The notes under the pieces were generated by a model, which was given only the letters and a program-made list of their open reading frames with translations, had not been told where the DNA came from and made no database searches. A DNA stretch of 64,000 nucleotides from the human T2T-CHM13v2.0 reference genome, Homo sapiens, in NCBI RefSeq assembly GCF_009914755.1, contig NC_060936.1. One strand, 5' to 3'. Each line of letters begins with the position of its first letter. The first letter of the stretch is position 1. Shown one piece after another: positions 52,030 through 64,000 of the stretch. The translations under genes and the position numbers were made by a program.

Positions 52030-52470
52030 GGTTCCGCCTCCCATGCCCCAGGCACTCTTCTCAGGACATCACGTACACTGGCTCATGTGATGTTCTCCAC
52101 AACCCTAAGAGGTAAGAACTATTATTGTTCCCATTTCACAGACAAGGAAATGGAGGTCCAGTGAGGTCGGGCAATTTGACTTTGGATGCTTGGCCCAAGA
52201 GTTCATGCTCTTAACCACCATGCTAGTGATGGTAATAATAATAATTATAATCATGATGATGGATTATTATGTGCTGGGCATTTGCTAGGAGGACCTCATT
52301 TAATCCTAACAACAGCCCTATGAGGGTGGTGTTATTATTACCCTCATTTTATAGATGGGAAAACTGAGGCTCTGAGAGGTGCGGGGGTTTGCGCTACGTC
52401 ATGCAGTTGGTGGCAGAACCAGGGTTTGAACCTGCCTTTGACTGATGCCAAAGGCTGTGCTCTTAACCAT
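52030..52470 (-). mobile_element. Two tandem antisense MIRs
   Basis: CCCATTTCACAGACAAGGAAATGGAGG and CTCATTTTATAGATGGGAAAACTGAGGCT cores. Confidence 0.8.
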
Positions 52471-53373
52471 TCTTCTATCTTTCCCCTCTGGGCAGAGAAT
52501 GGAGTATAGAATTCACCCCCTCTAATTGTAAATAAGTTCTTTAAAGGAAGTATTGTGAGCTTTCCAAAGGGAGAGGCTAGAGTGTTACGAGAACATGGAG
52601 GAGGGAGACTTGGTTTATTTCGGGGGACTGAAAGGGTCTCTCCCAGGAAGAGGTGTGGAGTCTAGGATGGGAAGGATGAGCGGGACTCAAGCATGCAAAG
52701 GAGTGTGTGTGGTGGGGATATTCCAGTGTGAGGGATGGATTTGCAGAAAGTCCCCTACAGAGGGTGGAGTTGGAGTATGGTAGGAACACAGCATGCCTGG
52801 CCGGAGCACAGAAGCAGAAGTAAAGAGGATGCAGTGACACAGGAGAGAGGCAGGCAGGACCCCGATATGCAGTCGGTGCTCAGTGTATGCTTGGGAATGG
52901 ATCCACTTTGACCTTCCCTTTGGCACTCTCTCTGCCCACCCTGCCCGGATACGACTGCCCCCGCACACAAGTCCAGGTGCCAAGCCCAGTGGGGTTGCTG
53001 CTGGGGCTGAATGTTGCTGGGCCCAGCAGGCACTTGAGCAGACCTCTGCGAGAAGCTCTGGAAAAAAGGCCCCTTGTTGGAGCCTTCAGGAGCCAGCCTC
53101 CTGGTGCAGCCTGGCTTCGGTCCCCACCTCACAACCCTTCCTCTGACCTGAGTTTCTCCTTGGATCTGGGCTCCTGCCATCTGAGCGTGAGCCCACGCCC
53201 TGGCCCCTTGGTGCCCCGGTGCTCAGCTTCTGCTTGGCTGAGTCCAGTGTGGTCAGCACTCGAGCTTCCCTCACTGTCCCTCACTCCTTCCCTGTGCCAT
53301 CTCCCAGGGAGCTCACTCCCATGAGGTCCCGCAGATTCATCTACTGGTCAAACTGCTGACCTACCATCTACTA

Positions 53374-53608
53374 CAGGCTTTCTCATCCTCAACCCTGTTG
53401 ACATTTGTGGTGAGATAATTTCTTTCTGCGGGTGTTGGGGGCTGCCCTGTGCATTGCAGTGTGTTGAGCAGCATCCCTGGCCTCTGCCACTAGATGCCTA
53501 TAGCACCTCCTCCTCAATCATGACAATAAAAATGTCTCCAGACATTGACAAATGTCCCCTTGATGCAGGTGGAGAGGGGGAAAAATTGGCCCCAGTTAAG
53601 AACCACTG
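53374..53608. mobile_element. MER20
   Basis: CAGGCTTTCTCA...AATGTCTCCAGACATTG...GTTAAGAACCACTG. Confidence 0.88.
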
Positions 53609-55021
53609 GTTTGGGCCAATCATAATACATTCCCTGGGAACTGGCAAATGACCTCCTCCCCAGGGGTGGGGGTTCTATTGGCTAGGAAGAGGGAAGAGAT
53701 GGAGTACAGGATTCACTGAATCAAGATCAGAAGTGGATTCAACTCTTATTATGTATTTGGGGAAATTGATGTTCAGAGGGGAAGGGACTCGCCCAAGGTA
53801 CACAGCCATTTAGAATAAAGTCAAGATTAGAATCTAGGCCTAACTCTGCCATGCCTCCTGATCCATGCAGCCCTCCTGGGAATCTCCCGGAATGCCATGA
53901 ATATTGATTAACCACACACTCACTGGGGACTCCCTTGAGGCCACTCTCTGGGACCTGATCTAGTTCCCTCTCTCTCACCTCTGAGGGTTTTTTGAGATGA
54001 AAACCTACTCCATGGGCTAATGACCAATTAATTGCTCTCTTTGGACAGATAACACTTCTCATCTTTTTCTAGAATTGTGTTTGCCTCCCCTGAGGTCAAG
54101 CCAGTTCTTTCCAACATTCTCTCAGCTCCCTCCCAGCCCTCCTCCTGCACACACTGGCCCAGACGGGAGAATGGCTCTGCGATAGGAGGGCCATCGATCT
54201 CCTTCCAAGGGCGGCGTCGCTGCTCTCCTGGATCCAGCTCCAGGCATCAGGGACGCTGCAGTTGCTCTCACAATGAGGGCATTTAGCTGCACTCTGATCC
54301 CCCCGGGAAACGCTCAGAGGAAACCCGAGGAAGGGCCAAGAGGAAAAAGAAGAGAAGCAAAACCCAGCAAAACTGCCCATTCTGAGTGTGCTGCACTTGA
54401 AGAAGGAGGCCTAGCCAGCTCCAGTTTCAGAGATTTTTAGAAAGTGCCTCTGTTTGGCTTGGTTTCCCCATTGGTGGGCTGTGACCAAGGAAGGATAAAG
54501 TGAGAGCCCCATTCAGGCCAAGGCAAGGGTTCAACCTGAGCAGGGCAGGGTGGGAGGCCAGGAGAACAAGGGCTCTGTGTGCTCCTGGGCACAGGACATG
54601 TGCGCTGGGCTCCCACAGGCTCCAGCCAGGCGCTGGACACAATCAGAAACCCACGATGTGGCCAGAGAAATACAGGGTCGGGCAGGTGCTGATGCTGTGT
54701 AATTCAGCCCTGAATAGTGCATTTTCAGGGTGAGCCACATTAGGGATGATGACGAACTTCCCCTCTTGGTGGCAGAGCCTGCTCTGGGATAAAGATGAGT
54801 CCCAGGAATTAACCGGGGCCATCCCAGAAGCCCGAGGGGCCTTTGGAGGCCAGGTGGGTGGTATAAGAAGGGCCTGTTGCAGACCATGGCAGAACAAGGA
54901 GCCCATGCCACATCTGGAGGCTCAGCTTACCAGAACCAATCTATATGCTAGGTTCAGATCCCTAAACTCAGGCAAGTGGTTTAACCTTTGTGCCTTTGTT
55001 TCCCCATTTAAAACTGAGTTT

Positions 55022-55336
55022 GGCTGGGCATGATGGCTCATGCCTGTAATCCCAGCACTTTGGGAGAGAAGCCAAGGTGGGCAGATCACCTGAGGTCGGG
55101 AGTTCAAGGCCAGCCTGGCCAACATGGTGAAACCCTGTCTCTACTAAAAAATACAAAAATTAGCCAGGTGTGGTGGTGCACACCTATAACCCCAGCTACT
55201 TGAGAGGCTGAGGCATGAGAATCGCTTGAACCTGGAGGCAGAGGTTGCAGTGAGCCGAGATCACACCACTGCACTCCAGCCTGGGTGACAGAGTGAGACT
55301 CTGTCTCAAACAAACAAACAAACAAACAAACAAAAA
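55022..55336 (+). mobile_element. AluSx-like with (CAAA)n tail, inserted in a MIR
   Basis: Full dimer; TSD AAAACTGAGTT/AAAACTGACTT. Confidence 0.95.
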
Positions 55337-55659
55337 CTGACTTAGCACGAGTACTTACATTGTAGAATTGTGAGGATTAAAGAAGTTAACACAGAAAGCA
55401 CTTAGAATGGTGCAGCTCATTTTATCTTTCAAGAGACCTAGAGACTGGGTTTGTATTTAAAAGCTCCCACTGGCTCAATGTTAGTGATGAATTCAAGTCA
55501 AGAAAATAATTAAATAAAACCTGTGCTCTGTGGATCTCTGTAGCCCCATACTCCATGAGCCATCCTGGCAACCTCTGGCGGAGGGTTTTAGACTCAGCCT
55601 CCACCACTGTCTCTACCCCTCATTGGTTCCTAACCTTGGAAGAGTGATGGCACTTGTCT

Positions 55660-56130
55660 GTGCTGCGTCTGCATTTTCTGCAGTATCAGTGGGGATGCTG
55701 GTAAGAGTTAGGGCTTATAACCATAGGGGCAGGATGTGGGAAAATCACAAGGGATGGTGCAGCACCCCAGAGTTAGCAGTAGTGGGGAGCTATATTCACC
55801 CCCAAGCCTGAAAAGGCAAAGTGCAGAAACCTAGAAAAATTAGCTCTATGGAGAGGGTCACCTGCAGTGCCATGTTCTTTGGTAGAGGGGCTCAGCCAAC
55901 CCTGGTGGCTGCACAGAGGGAGAGGTGATGGGGAAAGAAATGTACGCCCTGACCATCCTTGACCCAGCTTCCAATATCCTGCCAGGGCCTCCCGTTGGCC
56001 AAACTCTAGTGGAAGTTAGGGAAGCAGAAAGCTCATTGATGTGGTTCCCCCAGGCCACCTCCAGGTGGACAGCAGGGCAGTTGAAGGGGAAGAGCGTGTC
56101 TCGAGGGGCAAATGGAAGACAGCAGACAGA
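55660..56130 (-). mobile_element. LTR41-like ERVL LTR
   Basis: GGGCCTCCCGTTGGCCAAAC...GAGGGGCAAATGGAAGA terminus. Confidence 0.65.
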
Positions 56131-56351
56131 TCTGAGAAATGGGAGTGGTGGTGGTACTGCTTGCCTTGATGCTGCTGGAAGGTTTTTCTTAGTCTAGATG
56201 AAGTGTGATGCTCAACACATGGCTGTAAAGCATTAAGTTGAAGGTATTTCTGTTGTTACTGATTTAGAGAAAGCAGAGGCACCAGGAGGGAAGGTCAGGG
56301 CCCCCTGAGTGTCCTCAGAGTGGGTAGATGGTGTCCTGGAGTTGCGAAGGG

Positions 56352-56836
56352 TGTATTAGTTTCCAATAGCTGCTGTAACAAATCACCACAAACCTGATAG
56401 CTTAAAACAGCACGCATTTATTCTACTACAGTTCTGAAGGTCAGAAGTACAACATGGGTCTCACCAGGTTGGCATGACTGAGTTCCTTCTGGAGGCTCCA
56501 GAGGAAAATTGGCTCCTTGCCTTTCCCAGCTTCTAGATGTTACCCACATCCCTTGGGTCATGACCCCTTTTCATCCTCAAAACCAGCAATTGTATGCCTC
56601 TGGGCTCTGTTTCTGTTGTCTTCTCTCCTTCTCCGACTCTGACCCTCCTGCTGCCCTCATAAGGATGCTTGTGATGATATTGTATCCATGAGATAATCCA
56701 GGATAATCTCCCCTTCTTAAGATTCCTAGCTTAATCACATCTGCAAAGTCCCTTTTGCTTGCATGACAGGTCACATATTCACAGGTTATGGGGATTAGGA
56801 CACGGATATCTTTGGGGTAGCATTCTACTCACCACA
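56352..56836 (-). mobile_element. MLT1C-like MaLR solo LTR
   Basis: TGTATTAGTTTCC...GCTGCTGTAACAAATCACCACAAAC...ACCACA termini. Confidence 0.88.
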
Positions 56837-57764
56837 AAAGGGTTCCAGGAGGCTTCTCAGAGGAAAGGCATCTTCCCACTGTCGTGCACAAGAGTCCAGA
56901 ATCACCTCCATTAACATTTCTTTTTCGGATTAATAATGTCCACAAACTCCAGCATTTATTAACCTATCTTCAATAATTTTCCCAGAGCTGCATATTTTTC
57001 ATGAATCCAAATGAACTCATTATTTATTATTGCTTCATTCTAAGCAATAATACATATGCAATCAAGGTGTGATGGGCACTTATGATTTTTGTAACTATTC
57101 CCATTAAAATAATTACATAACTATTGACATTTTAAGAAGAGTTTATCTGTGTACTACCTAGAAGTACCACGTGAGACATGGCGAATATGCCCCAGATCCC
57201 AGCCTGCAGCTACGGGGTAATGTTGTGGAAAGGATTCTGAAAGAGGAGTGAAGAGACCTGGGTTTTGGTTCTGGATCTGCTGTGACCTCAGCCAAGTCAC
57301 ATTCTTTTGTGGGGCCTCAGTTTCCTGATCTATATAATGGGGACAATTCCTAAGGTTAACTCCAGCTTAGATATGATAAGGTTTTGCTATTAGCATATTA
57401 GTATGTTGGAAGTGGGAGAATGGGGCACAGGACAGGTAAGTTTTGATATGGATGGAAGAGAGTTGGTATATGGGGGTAGTGTTAGGGGCATGATTGTGGC
57501 CCCCGTACCCTAGGACCAGAATTACTGTTCTTCCTGATGCACAGCTAGTACCATATGCATACACCAATCAGGGCTCTCAGCAGGGAGACAAAATTTTATT
57601 CAGCCATGTGTGTCTTATTAAGCCTAGAATAAGGACACGTTATATTTTCTGGTTGTTGAATGACTGATTGACTGACAGAAGAAATGGCAGTATGATTCTT
57701 GTGATAGTCCCAAGAGGTCAACACTGACTGAAAGGCCTTGCTTATGACTGGAAGACCCCAGGAG

Positions 57765-58025
57765 ACTTAGTGGTGGGTATGTGATCTCTGTGAGTCAGAG
57801 ACCTAGGTTCAAATCCCAGCTCTACCACTTGTGAGTTTTGTGACCTTGGGCAGTTTACATCACTTCTCTGAGCCTCATTGTTCTTATCTAGATGATGGAG
57901 ATAAGAATAGTACCTCCTCTGTAAGTTTGTGGTGAGATTTAAATGAGATAATCTATGCAAAGAGCACAGCCCAGTGCCTGGCACATAGCTCCATAAATAT
58001 TAAGAATGACAAATACTATTGTTAT
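57765..58025 (+). mobile_element. Near full-length MIR
   Basis: GACCTAGGTTCAAATCCCAGCTCTACCACTT...TGTGACCTTGGGCA...CAGTGCCTGGCACATAG. Confidence 0.9.
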
Positions 58026-59334
58026 CATTCTGCCTCCCATATTGTCTGGGAAGATGAAGATGATCTGAAAAGACTCCCAGCCTCTCCCAGGCTATTCAAA
58101 AGATTCAGGGAACTGTTGGAGACCCCACATAGGAAGTGGCATGTTGAGTTCTTTCAAATATACATCGACACCACCCAGGCTGTGCCCCCCACACACATAC
58201 CAACGAGCCATCTGCTGAAGTTCAAATATTGTTCAAATGTAATATTTTGAAAGTGTTTTTCAGATGCTTCCTAAATGCTTGCCAAAACTCTAAAAATCTC
58301 ACGTGAGCAAAAAATATAATTTTTATTTGGCTTTGCGTTGTGTGAATAGACTGTCAGATGGTGAGAAGATGAAGGCAGTAGATTTGGTTCTTCACGAAGA
58401 GAAAGGGGAGGAACACGTGCTCTGAAACCAGGCAGGCTCAGGTCCGTGTCCTGGCCCCACCACTTAGCATCAGGCAACCTCAGCCCACCATTTAGTACCT
58501 CTGAGCTGTTTCCTCCTCTGTACAATGGGTTAACTCACAGGTTAACAAGTCAGGTTAGCTCAGCACATAGTAAGCACTCAATCAATAGTAGCAGTTATAA
58601 CTTTCTAAAAGAATATCCATGTACTGGCTGGTGCATAGTAGGGTCTTCATAGGTCTTCATTTCCCCATAAGCAGGACCCAGTAGTAGAGGGATGACCTTG
58701 GGTTGTTGAGCAGAGCCTTTCTAAGAATGGGTTGAAATCCTACGTTGTCTATATATTTAAGGAGCCAGCACATTAAAAAATCTGATCTGGCAGATTGCTG
58801 ATTTCTGCTAAGGTGGACAGGTGTGGGTTGTGGGTATCAAGAAATCTATTTAAGCCCACAAATACAGGTGTACCAGAAATATCAACTTTCTTAAATCTTT
58901 TTAAATGAAGTCAAATTCGACTTGGAGTCTCTACTGAGTTGTAGAAAAACTCTGATTTCAGTCATTACTGAGGCTCCTCGCTCCCAGATGGATGAATTTC
59001 TCCCTGGTCACCACCAAACCCCAACTAGCCATCCAGCATGTTTCCTCTAAGTCTAGAAACTCTGCTATTCTGAGCCAAGCTTGGAGCAACAGGCGAACCT
59101 CTGCCCACATTGGTATTTCTGGCACTACGTGTCTAGACGCTTTCCTCAGGCACTGCCAGGACTTGTTTGGAACCTCTGGCTTGTTCCCTGTCCCAGAGAA
59201 ATCGACTTCTCACTTCCACTTTCCTCCCCAGGACCCCACCCCATAAGCTCACCAATGAGCTTTCAACAGAATTTGCAAACAGGCAGTTGTAAACTTGAAT
59301 GAGGGCCCCAGATATTTCTCTGTGGTTTCTTCGT

Positions 59335-59755
59335 TGTTTGTTTGTTTGCTTTTAGTTTGTCTTAATAGACTTTATTTTGGAGGGCAGTGTTCAGTTTACA
59401 GAAAAATTGAGTAGCAAAGTACAGAGAGTTCCTCCATATACTCTTTCCGCTCTGTCCTTCACTCCACCATTATATGACCATCTGGTCTTAGTGAGGGTCA
59501 TTTGGCACAACCGATGAACCAATATTGATACATTATTATTACCTGAAGTTCATGGCATACATTGGAGTTCACTCTGTGTTGCACAGTCTTTGGGTTTTGA
59601 CAAGTGTATAATGACATGTGTCCACCATTACAGTGTCCTACAGAAGAGTTTCATGGCCCCTAACTCCTCTGGGCCCCACCTATTTCCCTCCTACCCCTGG
59701 AGCTGCTAGCAATGACTGATCTTTTTACCCTTTCCACAGTTTTCCCTTTTTTGTA
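59335..59755 (-). mobile_element. L1MC/L1MD 3' end, possibly within an older hAT element (~59280-60010)
   Basis: TTAATAGACTTTATTTT...TTTACAGAAAAATTGAG...GTACAGAGAGTTCC. Confidence 0.8.
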
Positions 59756-62521
59756 TCTTTTTAAATTAATTACTTTAGCTTCCAAGATTTAAAAAGTGGA
59801 ATATTTTATATGAAAACCCAGATGTCCAAAGTCTCTTAAAAATGTAGGATATTCCAAGCAACCACAGGCTGGAGCTGAGTGCAGCTGCTGTCTCCCCCAA
59901 GTTCCCTACCCAGAGTGGGGTGAGCTCCTGCAGTTGTTCTTCCTCGTCATCTTGCAAGCAGCCTCCTCTCCCTTCCTTGGCCCTGGTAGATATTTGGGTT
60001 TGTGAATCTAGCCTGGCCTCCTGCAAACACTATCTCCTGCCCTGCAAATATATTCTTGGGGCTGAGGGTCACAACAAAATTGGCCACCTGCTTGAAATGA
60101 GAAAGAGAGAAAAATTTAGGGAAATCAAATACAAATGAATTCCTCTAGCAATTATCTAGTAACTTGTAGGAGGCTCCTCTGAGGCCACACAAACACCCAG
60201 CCACTACAGGCTGTCTGAGGCTGGTACCATGTCAGCCAACATCCTACACTCGGCAGATTCCTTCTGCATGCTCTGCACAGCCTGTACTTACGGGATGTCT
60301 GAGGCTGTGAGCCCGGTTGTGGGCTACACATAAAGTCCTTCAGTGGCCATACACCTCTGGGTCAATAATTTATGCTAATGCTGCAATTCACCCTACTGAC
60401 CTCGTTTCTGGAGCATGTCAGAGAACTGGACACCCAGAGATTAAATTGCCCCTGGAGAGGCGTGGGTGATAGCAGCCACAAACGGAGAGAGTAGGAGAGG
60501 TTCAAGTTCAGAGCACACTACTGAGACACAGCCAGCAATGAAGGCCACCCTTTAACTTGGCTACAAGGTTTCATTTTGGAGAAGAGCCTGAGGCTCTAAG
60601 CAGTGAAATACAACCTGGCGTTAGGCTGCGCATGTTCCCATCCTTTCTCCTATGACAAGTCCCTGGGGCGGGCGGGGTGGGGGTCTTTACACACAGGGCT
60701 ACTGGGCCGGGTGGGGAGTGGCCAAAACAGCCCTAGATGCAAGGCCCAAAACTTGCCCCTTAGGTGCTGTGTGATCTCAGGTAAGTTGCTTTGTCTCTCT
60801 GAGTCTCCATTTTCACCTCTGGAAGATAGAGGTGGCAATGATGCTTCTCTCACAGCAGAATAAACAGGGATGTTATATCCCAGGGGACTTCCAGGTCTCC
60901 TGTCCCAGCCCTACATCCCTCCCTGACAGTACCAACATCCTACCGACTGCCCAAGTCATCATACTCAAGTCCTCCCTCTCCCTCACTCTCCGTGTCTACT
61001 CAAGCCACAAGTATTACCTGAGCACCTCCTATGTGCCAGGCACTGACAATACAATGGTGAACAAAGCAGATCCCACCCCACCCTCATGGAACCAACATTA
61101 CCCTCCTTGTGTCTTTGATGCTTGTACCTTCTCCTCTGGGTATTCTGATCCAAGCCATCTGTCTTTTGCCTGGATTCTGTAACATCTTGCACACTACAGC
61201 CAGAGTTCTTCCTGGAAACACACATCTGATGGTTAAAGACCTTCTGTGGCCCCTAGAATAAAATCAAAGCTCCCTGTGCTCCAGCCATCTTAGCCTCTTC
61301 TGTGTCTCTGAAAGGGATCTAGCCCTGTCCCACCTCTGGAGGTTGCCCTGGTTGTTCCTCCATCTGGTTTCCTTTTCTTAATAGGACATCATCTTCTCAG
61401 GTGTCACTCTTGAGACCTCCTTCTCCAGCTGACTCTCCTTAGTCCTTGCTGCTTCCCCATCACAGCTCTGGTGATGATGCTGGTGCTGATAGCCAATGTG
61501 CCTGTTGTGCTTTCTGTACACCATACTCAGTCCTAAGCCTCTTTTGTTATAGTGACACATTTAGTCCTCACAACAGCTCTGTGAGACAGAAACTACTCAC
61601 AGTATACCCATTCTACAGATGAGAGAACCAAGGCAGAGACGAAAGTGGCTAAGCTGGGGCTCCACAGTACTACAGTGTTATGCCTCTGGCCACTCATTTG
61701 TGATCCCCGTGGAGGGTAAGACTCTTGTCTTGCTCATCTCTGCATCCCCAGCACACAGAGTCTGGCACATCATAGATGCTCAATGAACTCTCATAGAATG
61801 ATGAATGGCCATCTTGCTGAAACAAATGAGCTAGTGATGTTCTGAAATCCCCACTCCAACTGCTTGGGATCATCTGAGCGTGAGGGATTCTTATTCTTGC
61901 TCTTGGACTGTGAGTTGGTTCTGCCCAGGGGAGGAATCTGTCTCCTTGCCCCAGAAAGCCCCCAGCAGCCCCTGCAGCATCTCTTGCTGGGGAATGCAGG
62001 CGTGGGAGGACGGTCCTTGCCATCATTTGTTTTTCTCAGCGTTGGCTTTTCTCCTATACAATCTGCCCCTGGCAGACAACAGAATCCAAGGATTCAGTAC
62101 TGTTGAGGGTATTTCTGGCTGTGAGGGCTCCTGAGGTTTCCCCCTGTGCTGAGACAAAGGGAATTTGCCCAACCAGGGCTCTGCGAGGGGCCTTCGTGGA
62201 GATATTAGACACGGTATGATAGCACGAGAGCCATGTTACATTCGTTACAGCTTCATAGTTAATTTAGGATCTCGGCTGGATGAGGGGTGTGGCTGCTTGG
62301 CCTTTAGAGGCTGCCAAGGATGGCTGCTGAAGGTGAGCTTCTTTCAAGACCCAACGTGAAAATGAACTGTTGCTGTGAGTTCTGCAGGAAGATGGTTGGT
62401 GGGATGGGCTGATTCTAAGGACTCACTTCAGAGCCTGCAGTCTGAGGGTGGACAGAGCTTACTTTAAATCCCACCTTAGTTACTCTGTAGCTATAGGATA
62501 GGATATGACAAGATAGTATAT

Positions 62522-62922
62522 TGTATTGGTCTGTTCTTGCATTGCTATAAAGAAATACCTGAGACTGGGTAATTTATAAGGAAAATTGGCTCATAGTTAA
62601 GCAGGCTGTAGAGGAATCATGACACTGGCATTTTCTTGGCTTCTGGGGAGGCCTCAGGAAACTTACAGTCATAGCAGAAGGCAAAGGGGAAGTAGGATCA
62701 TCTTACATGGCCAAAGCAGGAGAAAGAGAGGCTGGCAGGGGAGGTGCCACACACTTAAACAGCAACCAGATCTTATGAGAACTCACTCACTATCACAAGA
62801 ACAGCACCAAGAGAGAAATCTGCCCCCATGATCCAATCACCTCTCACCAGGCCCCACCTGCAACACTGGGGATTACAATTGACCATGATATTTGGATGGG
62901 GACACAAATCCAAACCATGTCA
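62522..62922 (-). mobile_element. MSTA-like MaLR solo LTR
   Basis: TGTATTGGTCTGTTCTTGCATTGCTATAAAGAAATACCTGAGACTGGGTAATTTATAA...ACACAAATCCAAACCATGTCA. Confidence 0.9.
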
Positions 62923-63433
62923 GATATGATATATGATGTGATAGATAATACAGCACAATATACTGTATTATATTATGCTATACTGTGTTGTGCAGCACAC
63001 TCAGGATTTCTCAATAGGAGAGGGGTGAAATTGTCAAGAGCACAAACTCAGGAGGCAGGTGCCTGCATTCAAATCCCAGCTCTGACATTGACGAGCTTTG
63101 CAACCCCTGGCCTTGTCCCACCACCTTCCTGAGCTTCAGTTTCCTCACTTATAAAGTGGTAATAATAACAGAAGCCACCTAACTGGATTATTGGGATGAT
63201 AGATGAAAGCAAGTGTATGGAAGCAGGCAGGTGTGTGGTAGAGAGAATGAAATTTGGAATGGTGCAACCTGATGTTTAAATCTTGGTGCTGCCACCACAC
63301 ACATGGTGTATGTGACTTTACGGGAGATTTTCAGCTCTCTGAACCTCACTTTCTTCATCTGTAAAATAGAAATATTGATTCCAATTTACCTTGCAGAGCT
63401 GTTATAAGAAAATATCATAATGCATATAGGGGC

Positions 63434-63892
63434 TGTAAAGGGTTGAATTGTGTTCCTCCCTCCAAATTCAAATGTTTAAGTTCTAACCTCCAGGCCTTCA
63501 GAATGTGACTTGATTTGGATATAGGGTAATTGCAGATGGAATTAGTTAAATTAGGATGAAGTCATAGTGGAGTAGAGTGGGCCCCTAATCCAATGTGACT
63601 GGTGTTCTTAGAAAAAGGGAAAATTTGGACACAGACTTGAACACAGGAGAAAGGACATGGGAACAGGAAGGCAGAGATCAGGGTCGTATTTCTATGAGCC
63701 AAGAAATGCCAAAGATTGCTGGCAAACCACCAGAAGCTTCAAGAGAGGCCTGGAACAGATTCTCTCACAGCCCCCAGAGGGAACCAATCCTGCTGACACC
63801 TTGACCTCTGACTGCCAGGCTCCAGAACCAGGAGAGAATAAATTTCTGCTGTTTAAGCCACTTGGTTTGTGGTACTCTGTTGGCAGCCCGGC
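63434..63892 (+). mobile_element. MLT1B/C-like LTR inserted in a MIR
   Basis: GGGTTGAATTGTGTTCC...CAGAATGTGAC...AATAAATTTCTGCTGTTTAAGCCAC; the MIR resumes as GCTTAGCACAGAGCCCGGCACA. Confidence 0.85.
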
Positions 63893-64000
63893 TTAGCACA
63901 GAGCCCGGCACAAAGCGAGTGCTCACTGCATAGTTCTTGTTTTGTTATTCCTATGACCAGCATGTTCAGTCCTGTGATACCTGGGAAGCTTGTGGTGGGT

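Overview
Primate (human-like) nuclear genomic DNA, not microbial: it is dense in Alu (FAM/FLAM/J/S), MIR, L2, old L1, MaLR/ERVL/ERV1 LTRs and hAT MITEs. I find no credible protein-coding exon; the ORF track is explained by repeats, low complexity and decayed L1 ORF2. The window is centred on a CpG island (~31345-32470) holding a + strand, apparently non-coding first exon that ends at a CAG|GTAAGG donor (32131/32132). The left half looks intergenic and the right half looks like a long first intron. From memory I tentatively recognise this as the 5' end of WSCD2 (12q23.3); this is unverified and needs BLAT. I cannot support a new biological system. The most unusual signals are: (i) old templated insertions copied from sequence 1-2 kb away into unrelated repeats, one with a perfect 24-bp fold-back palindrome at its junction; (ii) an apparent ancient L1MA 3' transduction with its own poly(A) signal and TSD; (iii) a compact CCAAT/GC-box/CATAAAA second promoter ~1.8 kb into intron 1, followed by a 1.2-kb UG-rich tract; (iv) a single-AUG uORF in exon 1. 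Repeat subfamily names and boundaries are by eye from remembered consensus sequences and are approximate. Many small MIR/L2 fragments are not listed.
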